A stretch of 50,656 nucleotides of DNA, counting the filler, from Sphacelaria rigidula (Eukaryota): assembly GCA_964200075.2 (NCBI GenBank). It is 3 parts of 3 records of this genome, joined end to end, with 100 filler letters (N's around TTAATTAATTAA, not from the genome) between each part and the next. Parts side by side here need not be neighbours in the genome. Positions count along the whole stretch, not along the records: positions 33,843 to 50,656 come from CAXNAA020001248.1; 2 more parts are not named here. One strand, written 5' to 3'. Below the pieces are notes generated by a model. It searched no databases. It was not told the DNA's origin and saw only the letters and a program-made list of their open reading frames with translations. Shown piece after piece: positions 37,005 through 47,719 of this stretch. The number at the start of each line of letters is the position of its first letter. Positions within the stretch are counted from its first letter, which is position 1. The translations under genes and the position numbers were made by a program.

Positions 37005-39308
37005 ACGCCAACGTTTAGCTGTACGGGTACGGATGTTGGGACTAGCGATAGCGGCGCTGCTGTTGTGCCGGAGACTGGTGAGCTTGGTGCCGAAGCGGAG
37101 GCGGAGGAAGAAGCCGAGCGGGCGTTTGAGGTCAGAAATGCAGAAGCTGTCAAAACCCACGTGAACACAGTAGAGCTGTGCTGTGCTGTAGTTTCAGCTT
37201 TCAGCGTCTTCCAGTTTGGAGAGGAAATACAGATGTGGAGAGTCGTGATATTGAAATTTTCATTTTGTTGATGCCGATGTCGAAAACAATACGGTACAGT
37301 GGTGCAGCGCTCGGTGAACGTCCCATGTGAAACTCGACAAGGAAGTCACAAGGGAGTGTTAGTCCTATCCGAGGGGATGTTGGATTTCCCGCCACACGTT
37401 ATCACACGTTCGGATGTGTTGATTTCCATGTACTGTAGGCAGCAAGTGGCAGCCTCTTCGATGATTCATTGAAAAGATTCACTTCGTACTGTACTGTACC
37501 GAATAGCGCTGTAGGTTGTTCGAAAAGTCGCCGCTTCCCGCGATCGCGTGGGTCAGGGCGAGTGCTCTTCATGCGGTTTATTGTCATGTGCATGTGCGTG
37601 CGGCGCATTTTTCGTCGTTCGCTCTACAACTCGTGCCTCGGAACGAGGGAGCTTGAAGTCCGTACATATGTAGTACAATATGACGACGTAGGTACAACAA
37701 GGTATTGCGTGCACGCGAGGGCCTATTCACAACACAGCTAATTAGCTCTGTGAAGCCAACAAACTGCAGCAAAGGAAAAGGCAGTTCGGCAGTGGTGGTG
37801 GGACAGTGTGCATGTTTTACACACACAGAGCATGTTCTCGAAATCATGACATGAAATAAAAAGTATGCCATCGATTATACCCACGTGACGTGTCCTTAAA
37901 AAACGTCAGGGCATGAGAGTATGAAAGCTTGATCCCCTCGGTGCTCATGAGCAAGCAGGACAGTCCTTTTCAAGTCCTCCGCAGGGGAATCGGGATCGTT
38001 GTTTTGAGAAAAGAAGACAGCGACTTGATGAAATGAATGGGGCTCGGGCCTGCTAGGCCATTGCCACGCACATGGCTCGTGCCCTCCCCTGGTGAGTTGC
38101 ACACATGCACACTACCAGTAGCGGTTCTGTAATCATGTGCGGTGTGCATCTCTGCGGTTGTAGCCATCAAGGGTAATGCCAGCGGGATACTAGGACGTAC
38201 AGGGCGCAGGCATCCTGCTCGTTGTAAGCGTTGAATAACAGACGCTAGATTGCAACAAAACTCCACTTCGGTTGCTCCACCATGTTGAGCCTACTGCGAT
38301 GCTATTGGTCTTAGCGCCATGACGTCCTGCTAGGCCTCAATGATCTACAATATCGCCATCCTCCACGGGACTGTCGGGACTCGCAGCAGGCCGCGGGCGC
38401 TAAAACGCTGAACCGCGTGACCATGCGCTCCCGCGAGCAAACACGCGATCATCAAGACGATGCAAAGTGTCCCGATGGTAGCACTGTCCTGTGGTGCGCC
38501 TCAGAGCCGGATACACGTTGCCGGCGCACGTGCGTTACGTTCCATGTGTCGTCCTCAAGGCCTGGGGTGGATGATGAGGCGTTCTAGACGGAGATGCTTC
38601 TAACGTATCCAAGCAAGACATGTTACACTTCTGTCATCCGCTAGTGTTGTTGGGTCAGCTGAGTGCGTTACACCTACGCAGAGTGCAAACTTGTTCATAG
38701 CCCCGCTGGATTAAGTGGACCGCTTGCCATATGGTCGACAGCAACTGCTGTTGTATAGAAGAGGGACAAACCAAGATGCGAAAAAAGCTCGTTTGTGCAT
38801 CGTCTCTCGAGATATGTCATCACGTGGTTTGAAGCAAAATAATCACAAAGTGGCAATCGACGAGATCTGCGGTATTAAACCCTCGACGATGGTGTAGTTC
38901 TCGTTCGATATAGGTTTCCATGTCACAGGTGTAGTCCCAGCAAACATGAAACAAGGTGTGTCTCGGGAAAGGAGTGATTCCCGCCACTGGACTCCATTAC
39001 GAAGCGTATTGTGGGGGTGCAGGACTCAGTACTGTAGCCTTGCGTTAGACGTGATGGGCAACACAACCACGGGTGGAAGCCCCTCCTCCTTGGCTTGCGG
39101 ATCGACAAGCACAGCTTCCCGAGGAGCGTGTTTTCAATGTCGAGGGGGAAAAAATCTGGTGCTCGTATCATACGCTGGTAGCTGGACCACGATTACGCCC
39201 CTCAGTCTATGTTTCAAATAGACAAAACGCAACGTCGGGATCAAGTCGAAATAATTTCGGCAGCCAAATCTCACGCCGTTGTCCAGAGTTGGGAGACAAA
39301 ATTAGTCG

Positions 39309-39472
39309 GAGGTAAGTCAAAGGTCGCCCATGTTGGTGTCAAATTAGTTTCGCTCGGTTTTCACTGATTTCTTGGAGTCTGCTGTCATCGATGCGGATAG
39401 GAACCCCCAAGAAACCAGTAAAACCGAGCGAAACTACATTTACAACCACATAGGCGACCTTAATCTTGCCTC
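39309..39472. repeat. Long imperfect hairpin / mini-MITE
   Basis: ~65-bp arms including AAGGTCGCC, TAGTTTCGCTCGGTTTT, TTTCTTGG and their reverse complements. Confidence 0.8.
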
Positions 39473-39509
39473 AACAGTAGACTCCAAACCCTTCTTATTG
39501 GGCTAGGTC

Positions 39510-40185
39510 GGCTATGCCACATTTGGGGTTTAAAACAACTGTTTTCTCGTTACACAGGAAGCCTTTGGCCATCAACATGTGGATGTTGGCAATTTATTTA
39601 CAAACTACTCCCGGAGAAACCCCGACCAGTTTTTATCCCGTAGTCAACTGTGTGCAGAGTCAGCATGTGTGCCGTATGTCTTGGTTGGATACAACGGCAA
39701 AAAACAGTCAGCGTGCCATCGTTCTCCGCTGAGCAGTTTGCTGCGCGCCTCTGATGTCTCTTCTTGTTCTTCCATAACAATACTACAGACAGAGTAAAGC
39801 TATGCTAGCAACTCAAGAGAGGTCAGGCAGACGGCACAGACCACGAGCAGAGTGAAAGGCATGTCGTTTGTACCCATGTTGTCTGTGGTTGTATTGCCTT
39901 GACCAAAATGAGAAACACGGCTAGCAGGCGAGGTGGTCCATCTGTAGACCATCTGTAGGGGTACAAGTGACCATTCTAAACGATCACCACTCTCAAAATG
40001 GTTACTCCGCTCCCCTCGGGCCTCGTTCCTGGCTTAGAATTTTCCGTGGGAAACTTTTAAACACGTATGCTTGACTTGCTTTTTGGCTATTCTGTGAACA
40101 GGTCTCCGCCCCCTGACGAAAACACCCCCTGTCCCTGTCCCTGAACCGTCATCCGGTGAAACTGTTCCGAGGCGACGCTCGCGGT
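39510..40185 (-). repeat. Dispersed repeat family, copy B (inverted relative to copy A)
   Basis: Reverse-complement similarity to 30720-31445. Confidence 0.7.
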
Positions 40186-40844
40186 CCAAGAGTTGAGTAA
40201 CACGTGTGTAAAATTTCGTCTTTCCTGGAAATGACGTGAGAAATAAACTAATCGTACGTCTGTTCTCCGGAGACTTTTGGTTGCTCATGACCGGAAGAAA
40301 TCACGCGATCGGACCGAACCCCCGAGTACCGAAGACCTGCGACCTCAGGCTTGCCCACAGGAACGTGTGTGACATATGGTCGTCATATTTTTGTAAACGG
40401 CGTGATAACTGCAGCTAACGTGAAACAGTTTCGAGAATACGCTCTGTGATGGCCGAAAACCCCATGAAACCGGTCAAACCGAGTCCGAGAAAGAATACCC
40501 AAACACCGGTGACCTTCGTCTTGATAGAGGAATACGTGGGCGATAGTGGTTTGCTCGTATTTGGTTATGGCCTGAGAAGTCGAGCAAAAGCAAAGTTGTT
40601 CCGATAATGTGGGGGCATACATTGATCGGGTGCCCCAAGAAACCTGTTCAAACGAGTAGAACTTCCTTGTCGTGAAGCACACCCACATCCTTGAACTTGA
40701 TCCAGAAGCATCTGTGTAAAAAAATGCGTTCCTGAGTCTTACAAGCGACCTTGTAAGTGGAGCAAACCGGAGAACGTTCCAAAACTGTATGCACATGACG
40801 GGCAGGGGGGCGGCAAAGAAATCGCACAACTTTGGCTGAAGGAG

Positions 40845-41336
40845 CAGTTATAATAGGGACAAATCTGCGTGCACACAAATTTGCTGAATTCAGGCCTTTT
40901 ACCCGCGGAATTGTGGGTTGTGGAGGTGGATTTTGAACCAGAGTAGTTGAGGAAAAGTTGTTGACTCACTCAGGCCGAGCCCAGATCGTTAGTCCGATTC
41001 TTTGGGCGTTGACTGTTGTCATGTGAAGGAATGTTGCGCAGATTTATGCGACATGAAATTATCTCCCTCCCCCATCGAAAATGCGCCCATGATCGGGTCC
41101 AAATCTGTGCAGCCCTGCTATATGTGTACAGTTGCCCAAATTTGCGCAACATGGCGATGTATAAAAAAAGTCAACATGCAGAAAATCAAAGAATCGACAT
41201 GGTTTCGTCCTAGTGAGCCAAGAAACCTTATTCAAGGGAGTTCGGTCCACAAACCGAATCTTCGAGCGAAAATACACGGTGAAAGACCGAAATTGTGCAC
41301 ATTTCTGTGCACGCAGGTTTGTCCCGATTATCACTG
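40845..41336. mobile_element. MITE with CAGT...ACTG termini and ~40-bp TIRs
   Basis: CAGTTATAATAGGGACAAATCTGCGTGCACACAAATTTG vs CACATTTCTGTGCACGCAGGTTTGTCCCGATTATCACTG. No TSD seen. Confidence 0.7.
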
Positions 41337-42535
41337 GGCTAAGTTATACTGTATGTGACTCAACTCCTCTCACCTCGTCTCGGGATGTCTTGCAAACTTC
41401 AGTGTGAGCGAAGAAGCGTGCTCCGTCATCACCGCGGCTTTTTGCTGGATGCGAATTTACGAGAATGCGGTCCTAAAATAGCGGTAAAACTGGTTTCACC
41501 GCACTAGATCTTACAAAATTTGGGATACTCTTTTTACACGTCGCTGAATTGCGCCCGCCCCCTTTGTGGGCAAGCTGAGAAGGAAACCACGTCTCAACTT
41601 GTTATCTACATACCAACCGGCATTGACAGACTTGGTTTGTGAGATGTGTGCGTAGAGAATACGTTGACGGACTAAAATTATGGATCCTTTTTCCGACAAA
41701 CCAGCCCGTAACGGTTGGTTAATGTCTACATCGTCATCGCAGCCAGCAATAGCTTCGGTTTACACAGTCTGCTTTCCTTGCGTTAAATCTGTTCCGGAAT
41801 GGTGACTACCGACGCATTTCTTTCCTATTTACGTTATACTTTTAACCCCCCCCCCCGTTTCTCTGGGGCGATTCCGTGCTCTCGTGGAAGGCATCGATCC
41901 AGCTCTTTACACATGTACGTTTCGCAAGGACATTGATCGTGGTCACCCATCAGCTCACCATCTGTATTCGGCGAGCGAGCGATTGAATTAAGTAAATCTC
42001 GTAATACTCGGGGTATGTGTCGCGATAACAAGAGTTGGGGGGGGGGGGGGGGGGACACTTCTGTAGAGTTGTTGTCCCAGCCTTCGGTGCAATCTCAGCA
42101 ACTTGTGTGCGGCCTCTGTCCTGCATGGCGCAGGTTGGTTGTGTTCTATGGTTGCCTGTGTTGGCGATTTGGCTAACTAGATATGTAACAACAATACTGT
42201 CTAGATGAGGTGTGCATGGCAACGCGAGAGATCATCTGCAGCTGCAAGGGTAGCAAACCGCCGTTTAATTGAGCGGCGTGCGTTGGTGGTGCCAAGCGAC
42301 TTCACTTATCTTGTCTAGATCACTGCCGCGTATGACATGTACTGAACTATCCCGCCCGGGAAGACTTGTGGTAGCTTGTAGGGCGCATGTAGGAACTTTC
42401 CCTCTTCGAAATATCATGTCGAAGAACAGCAGGAAAAAGGGGTATGTCATCCGTTCGCTCCATCTGCCTGGGCTGACTGCGCGCGCATTTTTATGTTATT
42501 TTTGCCACTTACTCATCTCAAATGAACTACACTAG

Positions 42536-45457
42536 GCCCAGCTTCGAGCAAAGGGTTGGGAGCTGCGAAGGCAGGAAGGTGACGGAAACTGCCTGTTCCG
42601 AGCAATTAGTCAGCAGATCTACGGAGATCCCGGCATGCATGCGGATATCCGCCGCCAGTGCGTGGATTTTATGCGCAAGGTACGTCGTAAGTCAAGGGCA
42701 CGTTCGTGGAACATCACGATGGCTCATACCCACCCGTATCGCGTGCAGGAGTAGAAGTGCAACGGGTCATGCTCGCCGTGTCTTCTCATGATGCTATTTT
42801 AGCAATCAGTATGCTGAACAAGATGTTGTTCTCGTTTGTTGTTTCACCTCATGTCTCATGTGATACGAAGAGGCAGACCTTCATCGACTGGCGTCGGAAG
42901 TGAATTTGCCATTCCGCGTCGAATCGGTCGTGTTGAGTGAGCGCCATTGCCGTCTGTCTGTCTGACTGTCTGTCTGTGTATCTGTCCGTCACCAAATGAT
43001 AAGGAACGAGACCACTATTCTCAGTTCGTGTCAGAGCCGTTCGATAGCTACGTCAACCGGAAGGAGAAGGATGGCGTCCACGGAAACAACCCGGAAATGC
43101 AGGCCGCTAGCGAGCTGTTCAACCGTCCCATCGAGGTCTATGTACCAGAGAGGGGCGCGATACCTATGAACATTTTCCACGGGGGATACCGCACCAGCAA
43201 TGCACCCATTCGGGTCAGCTACCACGGACGCAGCCACTACAACGCCGTTATCGATCCGCAGGAAGCGAGCATCGGGCAGGTGAGCACAGCCAAGAACCAT
43301 ACGGTAACCTTATCTCGTCAGCAACTGAAGTACTCGATAGAGCAGCGAAGTACTCTTTTCCATTGTACGAGCTGGGCCAGCAGTAAATCCCGCATTCGCT
43401 TTCCACACCACAACTTCTCAGGTTCTCAAATCAGTGCGACTTGAGCATACCGCTGTGAACTGCAGACCAACCTCGTAACATCCGGTACCGCCGCTGAATG
43501 AAAAAGGAAAATGAAGAAAAATGTACTGCATAATGTAAGATCCTAACGACGGAACAAGAAAAAGAGAGAGTTTGTCGGGATTCGAGCTCATGACCTCCAT
43601 AACTGGAGTCTCCCCTGTCACTTAGATTAAAGGGGCGCAGTCGTGTCACACGAAAAGTGCGATGGGGCGCCCAATTTGAGGTATTTTTGGCCGAAACTCG
43701 ACTAGGATTGTCCTGGGCGCAAGTGCCCACAACACTGTCGGGGTGCAGCCGCATTATCAATTTTTCACGGAGTTTTAGCATTTTCCCTGTTTTCCTGAAA
43801 CTTCAACTCGCTTTAACTTCCTGCTTTTTGCCTCTGTAATCCCAATAATGTTGCGCGGTTTGATGATGAAAATATGTCAAAATTTGAGCGCGTAACTCTT
43901 GGAACTACCAATAGCATCGTCGGGATTTATTCAAAAAGCACTGTCAGGTGGCCCAGCTCGTGCCGTGGACGGCCCTTGGTATTTCGCACTAGTACTATCC
44001 TTCGTTTCGGAGTTGTATTTCAGACTACAACATTTCTGCGACGTAAATATATATATATATATACCAGTCTTTCTGTGAAATGTGATTTTGAGTATACTCT
44101 GATGGTATGGTTCAGGGGGTGGACCATCGAATGTTTTCCCGTGGACTTGCACCTGCGTATGATTCCTGTTGGCCGCCCCCCAGGGTCTGGGCGTCCCCGG
44201 ACTGTCGAAAGAAGCTGCGGAGAAGGAGGCCTTGAAGCGTGCCCTGGCAGAGTCTTGCTCTTCGGCTCACCAGGTCTTTCCGCACGGTAGTGCTACTTCG
44301 CCTTTTTACGGAGGAGGGGGAAGAGGCTCGCTTAGCGAGGCGGATTTTGTAGAGTCGGATCTGAGGGCTACGGAGGAAGAGCTGGAGCAAGCGGTGAGCA
44401 ATACGGTGGAGGCAGATATATATATATATATAAAGAGAGAGAGAGTAGTATACACAGGCCTTTTATTATCTTAACTGTGTGTCACTGTATTGTTGAACCA
44501 AGGCTTTCAGCATCTGCCAGAAATGTCTGAGCACAATTCTCGCCGCGCCGCGGTGGTGTAAATTAACGTGGTACGACTGAGAATAGGTAGCGCAGAAAAT
44601 TGAGGGTTCGAACCTTGGCAGATGCGTTTTTTTTTTTAAATTTCAAGTGTATTGTATCTGCTGCTCGTGGTTGAAGATGTCAGTATGTGAGTATCATGAG
44701 CCGCAAAGAGAGTTTGTTCGACGAGACTGGATGCGGTGCGAGAGTGCTGGTCATGATCCAATCCGCGATACCGGAATTCGAAGCGCGTACCTGCGGGCGG
44801 GGTAGAGAGGGATGGCTTGATCCCGTACGACTGCGGGATCTTCCCCAGCGAGGGAGGAGTGGAGAGTATGAAGAAGAGTACATGTAGGGTGTCCTGGAGT
44901 GTGTGCGTTCGTGCTTTCCGTCTGGTGTTGTTGGTGTCTTCAGCGTCTTGGCGTATTTAGCGTGGATATGCGTGGATTTGTGTATTCCGTCTTGTAGCGG
45001 AGACTGCTGTTGCATGTGGTCATATTGCTTCGGTGGGCGGCAGGTTTCATCATGTCGTTGGTACTGGTCCGGTTTCATGACGGTGGATATCTAGCGTCGT
45101 GACCGCAACTACGCCGGCCGAAGGAGCTGACGACGCACGCACATTTTGCCCTCTGACCGTGTAGGCTATCACCGCATCCCTCGCCGAGTTTAACGGCACC
45201 AACGATTTTGGAGGCAGTAGCGCGTTCGGTCGAAGTAGTAGCCACAACAGCAATGACTACCTTGCCAAGGCTGCTGCTGCTGCAGCCGCCGCTGCCGCGG
45301 GCAGAAGCGAAACTTCTTTTCCGCTGTCGCGTCGTGGAGGAAGGGGAAGCCACAGCGGGCTTGCAAGTGGAAGGTGCGCAGTTGTTGTCGTGCGTTTGGT
45401 GGGGGGAGAGCCTCGACTGGAGTCTGTGGAGATTGATCTTCTCTCATGTGGCTGGCT

Positions 45458-45508
<51 letters not shown>

Positions 45509-47719
45509 CCCTCACACTTTGAACCCCTCCCCTTCCTCGGGATGAGTCCGTGGTCTCAAGGGATCAAGCCATCTCTCTCCCAGTGTGTTGTAAAACGATA
45601 ATGACCTTACTTGCGTGGTAACTGATGCACAGCGTCGATGGATAGCTACAAGGCCAAACCTCCTTTCGTGTACTACTGTCTGTACAGCGTTAGGATTTTG
45701 ACTTACACAGGGGATTGAAGGTTGAAAACACAGCTTTACCGTGCCGCAGGCAGTCCTTGATATTACAACGTCTTGGGCACGAGACTCCTTTCTCCGTGTA
45801 CCTGTTGAGTCTGATAGCGTCACATGTGCTTTTTTTTCATGCGTTTCGAGGGATGCGATAGATATGCGACATCGTTGTGATGGGTGCAACGGGACATACT
45901 GTTTCTCATGGAGCGCCATGCAGTCAGTCTTGAATCTGAGAGTCTCCTCTGCAACCTCCCCGACGTTTTTGCTGCAAATGATTATATACCGTAACAGACA
46001 TGCAGCACGTGGCAGCTCGTCAAGTAGGGGGGTGGGAGGGGGCAGGGGTGAAAGAAGAGGGGTGGAAGGAGGCTCTGGAAGGGCACCAGGTGGGGGCGAT
46101 GCCGGTAGGGGTTCGAGCAGAAACGCGGATTTCGGCAGCGGCTCCGGAAATTCTCCCAGGAAAAGAAGACGCCCTGGAAGCCCCACTAGTCCGTTAAACC
46201 AAGCGACGACGGTGCGTGGTGTTTGCTGCGCTGTACTAGATATTGCGAAGTATTGAGAGTTGAACCTTACTTCGCCCGGCGCAGTGAATCTTGCTGTTGT
46301 ACCATTGATAGCATACATCAGGTATCAATAAGATAATTCCCTGTTGATGGTTGTTGAAAACACTATGAGGTTGGCGTCACTTACTCCGTTTACCGTCTAC
46401 TCGTCTAACATCAGACTATAGGTAAGGTGGTGCAGGAGCTGTAGGACTTGTTTTTTCTCGATATTTTCCGCCGTCTTGAATGATTTTGTTTGATGAATGA
46501 TGACACGTGTTGGGCGTTTTTCGTCGCAAAATGTGAGGGGTGAAAAAAAGTATTTAGAACGTTTATCGTGTGATACCACCGGAGACTCAAACCCAGGGAG
46601 GTAATATGTTGGCCCAGCCGCATGTTTTGGGTCCTGCCCCGACTGGATACGTTGCGGCCGCTGTATGTACTTCCTCAACAGTCTTGCCCTACACAGTTTA
46701 CCACTATCGTGCCCTCAGTCGTATGTATTCTGAGTCCGTGAGCGCCATGCCTGGGGGTTGGAGATAGTCTACACATACGTAGGAAACGGAGTGGATTATG
46801 TTGCATGCGAAACACGGTATTTAAATGCGCCATTTCTCTCCACGAGTCGTTGTTCGTGGATGATGGTGCTCTTCGGCTTGAATAAACCATCAAATCGCAT
46901 TGGTCCCGATATATCGATCCTGAACGAATGAGCGAGTGCGCAGGTTGCTCATGGCTAGTTTTATGCGTTCGAAATGGACGTTGTTGGTTTGACTCTCCAC
47001 GTTCGCGGCTTGACGTCATAATTCATATTGCCAACAGCGGAAAGGGTCGCCAGGGTCGCAAGATACATTAGGAAGCTCAGCGGATAGCTCTAGTGCCGTG
47101 AGGGAGATGGTTTGGTCGTACGGCTTCCCGCTTGCCAGGTGAAGTACCACCAGGCAGCGTAAACCTTGAGATATTCATTTTTGAAATCCGGCACTATGTC
47201 AACAAGAGTGAGTCATTTCATCAACGGCTCTAAGGATGAGCAGTAAGCCTTTTTTCAACTCGATATCATTGCCACGTTACGCTCTTCCTGTACTCACCCA
47301 TCAGCTACTCCCCGCTGTGGGTCGACTCTGGTGTGCGTACAGAAGAAGTATGTGCAGAACATGCCACCAGGCTGCCGATACTACAGGTACCCCTAGTCTG
47401 TGAATGGCGTGTTGTTTTTTGGCGTAAAGTACCCAATATCATGTTTCGAAATCCAACCGAACAAAGCAAGATACTACTCTTATCATGTACCTCTTTGGTG
47501 TCTTCGGTGTCGTGCCATGGCCTTCCCCCGTTTCCCCTGTTTTGGTGTCTGTTCCGTTCATTGTTGGTTAGGGTTTTGCACGCCCACGACCTAGTGGGAG
47601 ATAGCGTGGAGGACATGTTGGTGTTGCTCACGTCTGATGCCTTCCAGCCGCCAGAACCCTCTCATCAGGATGGTAGTCAAGGGGCTGCCGCAGCTCCTCC
47701 CTTCAGCGATGGCGTGTGA
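42536..47719 (+). CDS. OTU-domain deubiquitinase, OTUD5/plant OTLD1-like, with UIM-like and C-terminal UBA-like motifs; start exon not found
   Basis: Phase-consistent exons: 42536-42679, 43004-43279, 44184-44393, 45165-45373, 45998-46211, 47038-47138, 47572-47719 (TGA), ~433 aa. Catalytic Cys loop GDGNCLFRAISQQIYGD, HGNNPEMQAASELFNRPIEVY, His loop PIRVSYHGRSHYNAVIDP, then IGQGLGVPG, ATEEELEQAAITASLAE (UIM-like), SPRKRRR (NLS-like), VREMVWSYGFPLARVLHAHDLVGDSVEDML (UBA-like). Confidence 0.92.
44547..44637 (+). other. tRNA-like / SINE-head-like relic in an OTU gene intron
   Basis: GCCGCGG then TGGTGTAA (A-box-like), T-arm TGAGG-GTTCGAA-CCTTG (B-box GGTTCGAACC), then a T11 run. The acceptor stem does not close. 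Confidence 0.35.
45459..45506. repeat. (GT)n microsatellite
   Basis: Perfect run in an OTU gene intron. Confidence 0.95.

Noticed and set aside
38333-38587. Open frame ending ...GVDDEAF* as the missing first OTU exon
   Set aside because: Ends in a stop, has no good donor in phase, and shows no recognisable similarity.
45512-46318. 268-aa minus-strand ORF and similar antisense ORFs over GC-rich exons
   Set aside because: Shadow of + strand exons; no independent evidence.
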